The translations under genes were made by a program, and so were the position numbers. The notes beneath the pieces are model-generated. The model was not told the DNA's origin, did no database searches, and saw only the letters and a list, made by a program, of their open reading frames with translations. Positions 33,020 through 43,060 of a stretch of DNA of 64,000 bases are shown here, piece after piece (position 1 is the first letter of the stretch; each line of letters starts with the position of its first letter). The stretch comes from Ignavibacteriota bacterium. Lineage in GTDB: Bacteria > Bacteroidota > Ignavibacteria > UBA10030. The stretch is from NCBI GenBank assembly GCA_963727825.1, contig CAVSHO010000007.1:260926-324925 (forward strand). Reading direction: 5' to 3'.

Positions 33020-33056
33020 ATCCCGTTCCGACTCATAAGAACGGGATTTTTTATTT
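33020..33056 (+). terminator. Rho-independent terminator after kamA
   Basis: ATCCCGTTC-n10-GAACGGGAT followed by TTTTTATTT. Confidence 0.85.
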
Positions 33057-33110
33057 ATAGGCATTCCCGTTGAATAGAACAAATATTACTTGGTTGAAAG
33101 GTATAATTCA

Positions 33111-34316
33111 ATGACACCACTTAAAGATTACTCCGAGTTGATTCGCGAAATCCAAAAAGCATTACAGGCAGAACACATAGACGGCTGGCTTCTTTATAAT
33201 TTTCGTGATTCGAACATATTTGCTACTCGCCTTCTTGCGCTTCCCAAACATATTATGTTCACACGAAGGTATTTCTACTATATTCCAGCACACGGTGCAC
33301 CTAAAAAATTAGTTCATCGAATTGAAGACTTGAACTTGGATGCGCTCCCCGGTGACAAGAGCGTCTATCTCAGTTGGCGTTCGCTGGAAGAAGGCCTTAA
33401 GGAACTTCTTTCAGGAGCGAAACAGGTTGCAATGGAATATTCACCTCAATGCGCGATTCCGTATGTTTCAACTGTTGATGCTGGCACTATTGAACTTGTT
33501 AGAAGTACAAGAGTTGAAGTCGTATCGTCAGCGAATCTTATCCAATATTTTGAAGCTCGATGGAACAGTGAGCAATTGAAGGACAACATTGAGAGTGCAA
33601 CACACCTGCGTCAAATTGTTGATGAAACGTTTGGATTCATTCGCAAGAATATAAAAGCCAATGCTGCGATTACAGAATATGATGTTCAACAGTTTATGTT
33701 ATCAGAGTTCAAGAAACGTGGGTTAGTGACATCGAGCGACCCGAATTGCTCCGTGAATGCAAATTGCGCGAATCCGCACTATGAGCCGACTAAGGAAATT
33801 AATTCACCGTTATATAAAGGCGATTATGTGCTTCTAGATCTCTGGGCAAAGAAAGATAAACCACGATCGGTTTACGCCGATATCACTTGGATGGGATTTC
33901 TTGGAGATACAGTTCCAGATGAATTTGAAAAGATATTTCAAATCGTTAAGGGTGGACGTGATGCAGCGTTAGATTTCGTTCGTTCGTCAATAAAAGCAGG
34001 AAAGGTTATTCACGGATATGAGGTAGACGATGCCGCGCGTAACTTTATCACACAGCATGGATATGGCGAATATTTTGTGCATCGAACAGGACATTCAATA
34101 GGAGAGGAGGTGCATGGCAACGGCGCTAATATGGACAATCTCGAAACTCGTGATGAGCGCATTATCATACCTCAAACGTCATTCTCTATTGAACCGGGAA
34201 TTTATCTGCGTGACAAATATGGTATCCGTAGTGAGATTGATGTCTATATCTCAAAGGACAAAGAAGTGATCGTTACTGGATTGCCGATGCAGGAGAAAGT
34301 AACGGCTATATTGTAG
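33111..34316 (+). CDS. M24 (aminopeptidase P-like) metallopeptidase
   Basis: NPHY, LLDLW, YADIT, HRTGHSIG..VH, SIEPGIY, IRSEID. Confidence 0.88.
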   Translation: MTPLKDYSELIREIQKALQAEHIDGWLLYNFRDSNIFATRLLALPKHIMFTRRYFYYIPAHGAPKKLVHRIEDLNLDALPGDKSVYLSWRSLEEGLKELLSGAKQVAMEYSPQCAIPYVSTVDAGTIELVRSTRVEVVSSANLIQYFEARWNSEQLKDNIESATHLRQIVDETFGFIRKNIKANAAITEYDVQQFMLSEFKKRGLVTSSDPNCSVNANCANPHYEPTKEINSPLYKGDYVLLDLWAKKDKPRSVYADITWMGFLGDTVPDEFEKIFQIVKGGRDAALDFVRSSIKAGKVIHGYEVDDAARNFITQHGYGEYFVHRTGHSIGEEVHGNGANMDNLETRDERIIIPQTSFSIEPGIYLRDKYGIRSEIDVYISKDKEVIVTGLPMQEKVTAIL

Positions 34317-34390
34317 TAAAAACATCCGTGATTGTATCATCTAAGTTGTAGTAGTGATTTGATTATTAATAGAAAAATTGTAATCACGTT

Positions 34391-35086
34391 ATGGGATTCT
34401 AATTTACGAAACACCATGTTTCAATACTAATATTATTTATTTCTACCTTTGTCAATCTCTTTGGTCAATCCTCATCCAAAACTATAAAGCTCTGGAATGG
34501 CAAGGATATTAATGGCTGGAAATTATTTGCTAATTCTGTCGCAGATATAGATTCTGTTTGTAAAATTAATTCAGATAATGCACTTGCAGTCGCCGGGAAA
34601 CCGATTGGATATCTGGCAACTATCGATTCATATAAAAACTACAAGCTCCATATAGAGTATAGATGGCCGAATGACGCTGCTAAAAATAGTAACAGCGGTG
34701 TGCTTATTAACATTGCTTCTGGACCGATTGATCGAAATATTTGGCCTCTATGCTTTCAGATTCAAACTAAAATCGCACACGTCGGCGACCTGCTTCCAAT
34801 GGCTGGTGCAAAATTCGCTGAGTCGCTGTCGACCGCTCCTGGAGCCAAGACGCCTCAACTTGAACGCCAGAAATCGGACAGCGAAAAACCCATCGGGCAA
34901 TGGAATATAATAGAAATAGTTTGTCGTGATAGTACAATTGAGTGCATAATCAACGGCATCGTTCAAAATTGCGTTACAAAATGCGAACCTCCTGCCGGTA
35001 AGATCGGCATACAACTCGAAGGATTTCCGTACGAGTTGCGCAATATTTGGCTAACACAATTTGACCAAAATGTTCATAACAAATAA
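34391..35086 (+). pseudogene. DUF1080 (3-keto-disaccharide hydrolase-like) gene with early nonsense codon
   Basis: ATG 34391 reads MGF*FTKH, then an open frame with signal peptide, LWNGKDINGW, NYKLHIEYRW, NSNSGV, GQWNIIEI, GKIGIQLEG, LRNIWL. Confidence 0.75.
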
Positions 35087-35189
35087 TTTGTCTTTGTGTC
35101 CTGGAAAATAGCAATTTAGAAGACAATGTTTCTAAAATATCTAATGCTACCGATTTGTAGTCCTCTTCTTAAAATTTTATAAAAATGTC

Positions 35190-35218
35190 TTGACAAATCA
35201 GAATCAATAATATATATT
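35190..35218 (+). promoter_or_regulatory. Sigma70-type promoter of the efflux operon
   Basis: TTGACA-17 nt-TATATT. Confidence 0.7.
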
Positions 35219-35247
35219 GGAAACTAAAGAAACTATAATAGTTTCCA
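35218..35247. promoter_or_regulatory. Putative TetR operator (inverted repeat)
   Basis: TGGAAACTA-n12-TAGTTTCCA, perfect 9-bp arms overlapping the predicted transcription start. Confidence 0.7.
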
Positions 35248-35345
35248 TAGATAAAATATATAGGGCTTGATATTGTTGTGCTATAGCAATGTATGGCTGT
35301 CAGGAAACCTGAAATACTTTTATAGTTTTTTAAGGATAAATATCT

Positions 35346-35987
35346 ATGGCGAGAAATGGTGATGAAACAAGAATTATTGAGGCAGCTGCCGATAGATTCA
35401 TGGTCGCAGGACTCTATAAAGTAACGATGGATGAAATTGCGTCTGATCTTCGGATGAGTAAAAAAACCGTGTATAAGTTTTTCCCCAGTAAAGAAGCTTT
35501 ATTGAAAGCCATTGTTCATAATATGCTGAAGAAGGTTGAGAGTAAAGTACAGGGAATCATTACTTCAGATACACCTATTGAAGAGAAGCTAACGACGCTT
35601 ATAACTTTTGTAGGTACGTTGATGCGGAAGTTATCACGTCCTTTCATGACAGATATTCAACGGTTTGCACCAACTTTGTGGAAAGAAATTGAAATATTTC
35701 GTCGCGAACGAGTGTTGAATCAATTGCAACATATTTTTAGACAAGCAAAGAAAGAGGGGGCTTTTCGTGAAGACTTGGATCCGGATCTTTTTTTTCTCGT
35801 ATTGAACACGACAATTCAAGGCGTTATGAATCCGCTGGTACTCTCTCAACAGCCATTTTCTGCAGAGGAAGCTCTTAAAGGAATCTTTAGAATTCTTTAT
35901 GAGGGTGCTTTAACAGAGGAAACACGTAAAAGATTTCAATTGAATAATATTAGTCTATCATCAAATGAATCAACGAGGTACATATGA
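35346..35987 (+). CDS. TetR/AcrR family transcriptional regulator
   Basis: HTH TMDEIASDLRMSKKTVYKFFPSKEAL. Confidence 0.93.
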   Translation: MARNGDETRIIEAAADRFMVAGLYKVTMDEIASDLRMSKKTVYKFFPSKEALLKAIVHNMLKKVESKVQGIITSDTPIEEKLTTLITFVGTLMRKLSRPFMTDIQRFAPTLWKEIEIFRRERVLNQLQHIFRQAKKEGAFREDLDPDLFFLVLNTTIQGVMNPLVLSQQPFSAEEALKGIFRILYEGALTEETRKRFQLNNISLSSNESTRYI

Positions 35988-36907
35988 AATATAATATAGC
36001 CATTATTTTTTGCGCCGTTTTTCTTTTCGGATGCAATTCACACGATGGAGAAACTATCTCCGCGACTGGAACAATTGAAGCAACGGAAATCACTCTGAGT
36101 GCCCAATCCGGTGGTCAGGTAAAAAATATTATTACCGACGAAGGAGATATCGTTCGAACCGATGATACGCTTCTTATCATTGATGATACCGATTGGCGTT
36201 TCCAATTAGAACAAGCGCGCGGCGGATATGAGACGGCAGAAGCACAATTTCGGCTTGCTTTAAAAGGCACACGTGAAGAAGATGTTATTCAATCCGAGGC
36301 GAATTATGAAAACGCAAGAGATGATTTGAAAAGAATGGAAGATCTCTTTCGTGCCAGGAGTATATCTGAGAAACAATTGGATGATGCGCGTACTCGGTTT
36401 ACCGTAAGTCAGCAAATCTGGGAAAAGATGAAACGTGGTTCGCGGCAAGAAGAAATCGATGCAGCACGTGCGCACCGCGATCAGACAAAAGCGCAAATGG
36501 CGTCTCTACAAAAAAAAGTGAATGATTGTATAGTGGTCTCGCCTATTGCAGGAACTATTACAAAACGATATGTGGAACAAGGTGAACTTGCCAGTACCGG
36601 CATGGCGCTATACAAAATCTCGGATCTTTCAACAATGGATATAACAATTTATGTCTCTGAATCGGATCTTCCAAAAGTGAAACTGAATCAGAAAGCGATT
36701 GTAAACATTGATGCATTCAAAAAGAAGGATTATGAGGGCAAGGTAACTTTCATTTCATCAACAGCAGAGTTCACTCCTAAAAATATTCAAACGAATGACG
36801 AACGGACAAAGTTAGTGTTTAGCGTAAAAGTAAAGGTACCTAATCCCGATGGAACACTCAAAGCTGGTATACCGGCAGATGTTGCACTGCATGTGAAAAA
36901 TCAATAA
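35984..36907 (+). CDS. HlyD/YbhG-like membrane fusion lipoprotein
   Basis: Lipobox LFGC; SATGTIEATE; AEFTPKNIQT..ERTKLVF; LKAGIPADV. Confidence 0.9.
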   Translation: MKYNIAIIFCAVFLFGCNSHDGETISATGTIEATEITLSAQSGGQVKNIITDEGDIVRTDDTLLIIDDTDWRFQLEQARGGYETAEAQFRLALKGTREEDVIQSEANYENARDDLKRMEDLFRARSISEKQLDDARTRFTVSQQIWEKMKRGSRQEEIDAARAHRDQTKAQMASLQKKVNDCIVVSPIAGTITKRYVEQGELASTGMALYKISDLSTMDITIYVSESDLPKVKLNQKAIVNIDAFKKKDYEGKVTFISSTAEFTPKNIQTNDERTKLVFSVKVKVPNPDGTLKAGIPADVALHVKNQ

Positions 36908-36918
36908 GGCAGCAAGCT

Positions 36919-37845
36919 ATGGCTGATACCATTATTCTTGATCAAGTTGTAAAAACCTTCGGTATAAAACATGAAGAAATTATTGTTGCCGTTGATCATC
37001 TCTCAATTAAAATTGCACGAGGAGAAATCTTCAGTTTGGTGGGGCCAGATGGTGCTGGGAAGACTACGGCTATCCGGATGATGTGTGGTGTGCTTGCACC
37101 AACCGAAGGAAAGATTTCTCTACTCGGCTTTGATATCAAAACGCAAAAGGATGAAATAAAAAAACGCATTGGATATCTATCGCAGCGCTTCAGTTTATAT
37201 CAGGATTTAACTATTGATGAAAACATTGACTTCTTTGCCGAAATTCATAAAGTTCGCAAGTATGGAGATAGAAAAGAGGAACTCCTGCAATTCACGCGAC
37301 TTACATCATTCCGCGGTCGTCTTGCAGGTCAACTTTCCGGTGGAATGAAACAAAAACTTGCGCTCGCTTGCACGCTTATTCACACACCAGAAATTATCTT
37401 CTTAGATGAACCGACAACCGGTGTTGACCCCGTTTCGCGCCGAGATTTCTGGAAAATTTTATCGAGCCTTCTTAAATCAGGAATTACCATAGTAGTAAGC
37501 ACTCCTTATCTTGATGAAGCGGAGCGAAGTACGCGTGTGGCATTGATAAATCAGGGTAAACTTTTAATTTGCGATACACCTGAGGCCGTGAAGTCATCCT
37601 TCCACTCTGAGGTAGTAGAATTGGTGTGCGATAATGTTCGTGCTGCCTCGGAAGTATTGCTAAAATCTTTTGCACGAAAGGATATCCAATTATTTGGCGA
37701 TCGTCTGCACATTCTGGTTCAGGACGCCAAAAAGAAAGAAAAAGGTATTCTTAAAACTTTAAAGAATGAAAATATTCAAGTTCGCAGTTACCGAATTATT
37801 CCAGCATCTTTAGAAGATGTTTTTATTGCAAATATAAGTTCTTGA
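36919..37845 (+). CDS. ABC transporter ATP-binding protein (YbhF N-half-like)
   Basis: GPDGAGKTT, LSGGMKQKLAL, LDEPTTGVDPVSRRDFW. Confidence 0.93.
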   Translation: MADTIILDQVVKTFGIKHEEIIVAVDHLSIKIARGEIFSLVGPDGAGKTTAIRMMCGVLAPTEGKISLLGFDIKTQKDEIKKRIGYLSQRFSLYQDLTIDENIDFFAEIHKVRKYGDRKEELLQFTRLTSFRGRLAGQLSGGMKQKLALACTLIHTPEIIFLDEPTTGVDPVSRRDFWKILSSLLKSGITIVVSTPYLDEAERSTRVALINQGKLLICDTPEAVKSSFHSEVVELVCDNVRAASEVLLKSFARKDIQLFGDRLHILVQDAKKKEKGILKTLKNENIQVRSYRIIPASLEDVFIANISS

Positions 37846-37863
37846 TAATTTGATGAGGTTGCT

Positions 37864-39198
37864 ATGAAAATAAAATACTTGATAATTCTATTCGTATTTA
37901 TAAACCAAATGTTTGCACAGCAGAATGTTCAATCTCTTCGGTTGGCTGATTGTATTGCTCAGGCATTAGGAAAGAATCCTGCTATCCAAATAAGTGAAGC
38001 AAAAGTACAGGCAGCAGAAGCTCATTCTTCTGAGGCAGCAACAACTTTATTGCCTCAGCTTAAATTCAGTGGAAGAGCCGCTGAGTTAAGTAGCATCGAT
38101 CCATTTGGACTTAAACTCGGTCCACCGGTCAACATTTCAATGATATTATTTCCGGATATTACCGAAAATTATTCTATGAGGCTTTCACTCCAACAACCGC
38201 TCTTTACTGGATTCAAGCTGAAAAAGAATTTAGAGATGGCAGAGTTAGATGCGAACGCAAAGCGCGAAGAACTAACAAAAGACCAATCGGATTTAGTTTT
38301 TGATGTTATCACCGCATATTGGACCTTCTACCGTGCGATCAAAGTTGAAGAGGTAATTCGCCAGTCAGTTGAACAAATGTCGGAACATCTGAAAGATGCC
38401 AGGAATTTATCGCAGCAAGGATTGGCGACCGATGCAGATGTTATGAAAGTGCAAGTGCAACTTTCTGATGCGAAAGTGAAACAGCTCGAAGCAAGGAACG
38501 CGATTAGGCTTACATCTATGGCATTAAACAGTTTGATTAGAAATCCCCTTGAGACCGAGATAATGCCAAGTGACACTCCTGCAATTTCACAAGATGAGGC
38601 TGGCACATTTCTTGACGAAAATCTAACCAAGCTTCAAACTCTTGCACTTGAACGTCGCCCGGAACTTAAATCGATGCAGTTACAACGAGATATGAGCAAT
38701 GCCGGAGTGATCGCCGCAAAAGGCGACTGGTATCCGCAAATATTTTTTGCCGCTAATTATGACTATGCTCGGCCAAATCAGCGTATTATTCCCCCGAAAG
38801 ATCAATGGGATGGAACTTGGGATGTCGGCATAACCTTTCAATGGAATGTCTGGGATTGGTATGCTACGGGTCATCAAATAGCACAAGCAGAAGCAGTATT
38901 GCGTCAAAGCGAAGCAGGTGTCACGCAGCTCAACGACGCGGTTGTATTAGATGTTGCTCAGCAATATTATAATGCTCAGACAGCAAAGGAAAAAGTCAGT
39001 GTGGCATATGGCGGGATGGAGCAAGCACAGGAATCGTATAGAATGAATTCAGAAAAATATAAGAACGGTCTTACTTCTAACACCGAGATGCTTGATGCGG
39101 AGATTGCTCTCATGCAGGCAAAACTGACACACACACAAGCTGTAGTTGATTATGCTATTGCAGCTGCGAGGTTGAAAAAGGCGATAGGAGAGAATTAG
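37864..39198 (+). CDS. TolC family outer-membrane efflux protein
   Basis: Signal peptide; LQQPLFTG, RPEL, WYPQI, two OEP repeats. Confidence 0.9.
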   Translation: MKIKYLIILFVFINQMFAQQNVQSLRLADCIAQALGKNPAIQISEAKVQAAEAHSSEAATTLLPQLKFSGRAAELSSIDPFGLKLGPPVNISMILFPDITENYSMRLSLQQPLFTGFKLKKNLEMAELDANAKREELTKDQSDLVFDVITAYWTFYRAIKVEEVIRQSVEQMSEHLKDARNLSQQGLATDADVMKVQVQLSDAKVKQLEARNAIRLTSMALNSLIRNPLETEIMPSDTPAISQDEAGTFLDENLTKLQTLALERRPELKSMQLQRDMSNAGVIAAKGDWYPQIFFAANYDYARPNQRIIPPKDQWDGTWDVGITFQWNVWDWYATGHQIAQAEAVLRQSEAGVTQLNDAVVLDVAQQYYNAQTAKEKVSVAYGGMEQAQESYRMNSEKYKNGLTSNTEMLDAEIALMQAKLTHTQAVVDYAIAAARLKKAIGEN

Positions 39199-40202
39199 TG
39201 AAGCTGTCGATTAATTACAAAGAACAACTTACCGGAAAAGTAGAATGTAATAATGATTGTGCAGTCGTTGCTGAAGGTTTAACTAAGAAATTCGGCAAGT
39301 TTATTGCAGTCGATCATGTGAGTTTCAAAGTCAAACGCGGAGAGGTATTCGGATTTCTTGGACCGAATGGAGCAGGAAAATCAACAACGATCCGAATGCT
39401 ATGCGGATTATTTACCCCAACCGAAGGATCAGCAAGTGTTGGTGGGTTTGATATTGCAACTCAACCCGATGATGTGAAATCTCGCATCGGATATATGTCA
39501 CAAAGATTTTCTTTGTACGAAGACCTCACAGTTGAACAGAATATAAACTTCTATGGAGGGATATATGGTCTTGGCGGTTCGCGATTAGAAGAACGCAAAC
39601 GTTGGGCTGTCGAAATGGCTGGATTGACAGGTAAAGAAAAGATGTTAACTCATGCACTTTCGGGTGGATGGCGGCAGAGATTAGCATTAGGATGTTCCAT
39701 CCTTCACGAACCGCCCATTTTATTTCTTGACGAGCCAACAGGTGGTGTCGATCCGGTTTCGCGTCGTAATTTTTGGGATTTGATTTATGACTTATCACAT
39801 AACGGTGTTACAGTTTTTGTTACGACGCACTACATGGACGAAGCGGAACATTGTAATACAATCGGATTGATTTATAACGGCAAACTAATTTCGATTGGTT
39901 CGCCGACAGAGTTGAAGCATGGTCTTGACAGATATTCTATTTTTGAAGTTCGCTGCAATAATCCAGTGGATGCAATGGAATTGTTACGCACGCAAACATG
40001 GGTTGCTGAAACATCTATCTTTGGTTCATCTTTTCATGTGAGCACGATAGATGAGCCGAACGCGCGGAAAAAAATACGCCAACTCCTTGCGAAAGAGCGT
40101 ATGACAGCAGATCATATTGAACAAATTATCCCATCTCTTGAAGATGTTTTTATAAATAGAATTGCCGAAGAAGACGCACGCAAGAATGGAGTCTTCAATT
40201 GA
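39198..40202 (+). CDS. ABC transporter ATP-binding protein (YbhF C-half-like)
   Basis: GPNGAGKST, LSGGWRQRLALG, LDEPTGGVDP, TTHYMDEAE. Confidence 0.93.
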   Translation: MKLSINYKEQLTGKVECNNDCAVVAEGLTKKFGKFIAVDHVSFKVKRGEVFGFLGPNGAGKSTTIRMLCGLFTPTEGSASVGGFDIATQPDDVKSRIGYMSQRFSLYEDLTVEQNINFYGGIYGLGGSRLEERKRWAVEMAGLTGKEKMLTHALSGGWRQRLALGCSILHEPPILFLDEPTGGVDPVSRRNFWDLIYDLSHNGVTVFVTTHYMDEAEHCNTIGLIYNGKLISIGSPTELKHGLDRYSIFEVRCNNPVDAMELLRTQTWVAETSIFGSSFHVSTIDEPNARKKIRQLLAKERMTADHIEQIIPSLEDVFINRIAEEDARKNGVFN

Positions 40203-41344
40203 AAAGGCCCATTATTTCGATGAACATTTTTCCTATCGTGCACAAAGAATTTCGCCAGATCAAACGCGATAAACGGATTCTAAGTGTGTTATTGCTTATT
40301 CCTGCGTTAATGTTGTTGATGTTCGGTTATGCGCTGAACTTTGACGTTAAACACACATCTATGGCGGTTTATGATGAAGACCGAAGCAGTGTAAGCAGGA
40401 AATTCATCGAGCAGTTTTTTATTTCAGAATATTTTAATAAGGTAAAAACTCTGGAAAGTAAAGCGGAGATCGACGAACTGCTTGATGGAGAACATGCTCG
40501 CGTTGTGTTGGTTATTCCTTCCACATTCACAAAAGATATGCAGCGTGGCGGTAACATCTCTATACAGGTGATTGTTGACGGTGCAAACTCTAACGCAGCT
40601 GCATCCGTTCTCGGATATATCAATGCTATTATTCAACAGTATTCTGTGAAGGTGATGACAGAATCTTTTATTAGAATAGGACGCCAAACAATTACCATGC
40701 CGATTGATTTCCAACCGCGTGTGTGGTACAATCCTGAATTAGAGAGTGCAAAATTTTTAGTGCCAGGACTCATCGCTTTTATATTGATGGTTACGGCGGT
40801 TATTTCTACTGCCTTAGCTATTGTTCGTGAACGCGAGCTTGGTACAATGGAACAACTCATGGTATCGCCAATCAAACCTCTTGAATTAATTTTAGGTAAA
40901 ACAATTCCCTATACAATCATTTCATTATTTGCAACCGTGGCAATTTTGTTTCTTGGATATATATTGTTTGATGTCAGTATTAAAGGCAGCATTCTCTTGC
41001 TATCAATTGTGACATTTGTATTTCTTGTGGGCAGCTTAGGAATGGGATTATTGATATCCACGCTTGCTGAGACGCAGCAGGTTGCTTTCATGATAGCTGT
41101 ATTTGTTTCTATGCTGCCGACATTTATTCTTTCCGGATTTGTTTTTCCTATACGGAATATGCCGTTAATTATTCAGGGAATAACATATGTGTTACCCGCA
41201 AGGTATTTTTTGGTTGTTCTCCGTGCCATTATCCTGAAAGGTGCCGGTTTGAGTGCCTTCTGGGATCAAGCATTAATTCTTGCCATCTATGCTGTTATGA
41301 TGATCGGGATCAGTTCGCTACGAATGCGGAAGATACTTACGTGA
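40199..41344 (+). CDS. ABC-2 permease (YbhS-like)
   Basis: KEFRQIKRD, WYNPEL, VPGLIA, VRERELGTMEQL, LSGFVFPI. Confidence 0.92.
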   Translation: MKRPIISMNIFPIVHKEFRQIKRDKRILSVLLLIPALMLLMFGYALNFDVKHTSMAVYDEDRSSVSRKFIEQFFISEYFNKVKTLESKAEIDELLDGEHARVVLVIPSTFTKDMQRGGNISIQVIVDGANSNAAASVLGYINAIIQQYSVKVMTESFIRIGRQTITMPIDFQPRVWYNPELESAKFLVPGLIAFILMVTAVISTALAIVRERELGTMEQLMVSPIKPLELILGKTIPYTIISLFATVAILFLGYILFDVSIKGSILLLSIVTFVFLVGSLGMGLLISTLAETQQVAFMIAVFVSMLPTFILSGFVFPIRNMPLIIQGITYVLPARYFLVVLRAIILKGAGLSAFWDQALILAIYAVMMIGISSLRMRKILT

Positions 41345-41354
41345 GTCGCAAACG

Positions 41355-42482
41355 ATGAGAAATATTCTACATATAATACAAAAAGAATTTATTCAATTTC
41401 GACAGGATCGGAAAATGTTTGGCATTAGCTTTATTGCTCCTGTGCTTCAACTCATTATCCTTGGTTATGCTGCGACGTTTGATGTAAATAATATTCCTAC
41501 GGTGATTTGTGACTTCGATAACTCACCATCTAGCAGGGAACTTGTACGAAGCTTCACGAGCACGGATTATTTTGCAGTCATCGGATATTTTGACAAGACC
41601 TTGGAAATTGACAAGCAATTAGATGATGGGCATGCATCGATTGCGATCATCATTCCTCGAGGATTTGAAAAGAAAATTGGTGCCGGTCACTCTGCACCGC
41701 TTCAAATTATTGCAGATGGAACAGAGACCAGTACAGCCGGAATCGGTTTGAGTTATGCTTCAATTATTGTATCACAATTTTCGCAAAATATTTTATTAGA
41801 ATCGTTTATTAAACGAGGTTTAGTAACTTTGCCTGCAAGCGTTTCTGCAGAGTTCCGTGTATGGTACAATCCTGAACTCAAGAGCCGTAACTTTATGGTT
41901 CCCGGAGTTCTTGGCTTGCTTCTGATGGTGATGACGATGCTCCTGACTTCCCTGGCAATCGTCAAGGAAAAAGAGCTTGGCACACTGGAACAGCTTGTTG
42001 TTACTCCCATCAAACCATATCAACTTATTATTGGTAAGCTTGCACCATTTTTCCTTATCGGCGTAATCGATGTTATTCTTGTAGTGTCCTTCGCATCACT
42101 GGTTTTTAGTCTGCCTGTAAAAGGCGGGGTGTTGTTGCTTTTGTTTCTAAGTCTCATATTCCTAATGACGACACTTGGCTTGGGATTATTTATCTCAACT
42201 GTCTCTCGTACACAACAGCAGGCAATGATGACGGCAATTTTTTTCTTTATGCTTCCGATGATGTTTTTTGGAGGATTTGTATTTCCAATTGAAAACATGC
42301 CGACGATCATTCAATATGTTTCTTATATCATTCCACTTCGTTATTATTTTGTGATTGTTCGTGGATTATTTATGAAAGGAGTCGGCATGAGTATCCTATG
42401 GCCGCAAGCACTCGCTCTATTAATGTTCGGAAGTATAATATTAAGCATGAGTGTAATGCGATTCCAAAAAAGATTAGGATAA
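41355..42482 (+). CDS. ABC-2 permease (YbhR-like)
   Basis: KEFIQFRQD, WYNPELKSRNFMVPG, KEKELGTLEQL, FPIENMP. Confidence 0.92.
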   Translation: MRNILHIIQKEFIQFRQDRKMFGISFIAPVLQLIILGYAATFDVNNIPTVICDFDNSPSSRELVRSFTSTDYFAVIGYFDKTLEIDKQLDDGHASIAIIIPRGFEKKIGAGHSAPLQIIADGTETSTAGIGLSYASIIVSQFSQNILLESFIKRGLVTLPASVSAEFRVWYNPELKSRNFMVPGVLGLLLMVMTMLLTSLAIVKEKELGTLEQLVVTPIKPYQLIIGKLAPFFLIGVIDVILVVSFASLVFSLPVKGGVLLLLFLSLIFLMTTLGLGLFISTVSRTQQQAMMTAIFFFMLPMMFFGGFVFPIENMPTIIQYVSYIIPLRYYFVIVRGLFMKGVGMSILWPQALALLMFGSIILSMSVMRFQKRLG

Positions 42483-42668
42483 AAAATATTATTAAATGAT
42501 CGCTATATTATTAACACGCAAGATATTAATTTCAACATCAAAGAAATAATTGTAATCCTTCATGTAATATCGATAGCAGTGAGAGAGTTTCTTATGTTTT
42601 ATTGCACATAGTATAATTGAAGAATTTGGTGAGTACTAATTTTGTCAAGCATAAAGAATAAAGAAAAT

Positions 42669-43058
42669 ATGATGAAGCTGCGAATCCTCATTGTTGATGA
42701 TATGCCCTCCATGCGTTTATTAATGAAACAATATCTTCGTATGAATGAAGCGGTAATTGTTGTTGGGGAAGCAAGCAACAGTGCTGAAGCAGTGAGCAAA
42801 GCTCAAGAATTTCAACCCGATGTTGTTATTTTGGATGTGAATTTGCCGGAGGTAAGCGGAGTAGAAGTAGCACGAAAAATTAAATCTTTCTTACCGAAAA
42901 CTTATGTCTATTTGTGTTCAGCGTATCAATTAAGTGAATATAAGGATTTAAATCTCAATATGCCGGCAGATGGCTTCATAGAAAAATCAAGCATGAAGCC
43001 AGAATTACAGGCAATGATCCAAAAAGAATTAGAACGAAAAAATAGAGTGAATAAATAA
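42669..43058 (+). CDS. Single-domain response regulator (receiver only)
   Basis: ILIVDD, PDVVILDVNLP..SG, GFIEK; no output domain. Confidence 0.88.
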   Translation: MMKLRILIVDDMPSMRLLMKQYLRMNEAVIVVGEASNSAEAVSKAQEFQPDVVILDVNLPEVSGVEVARKIKSFLPKTYVYLCSAYQLSEYKDLNLNMPADGFIEKSSMKPELQAMIQKELERKNRVNK

Positions 43059-43060
43059 TT

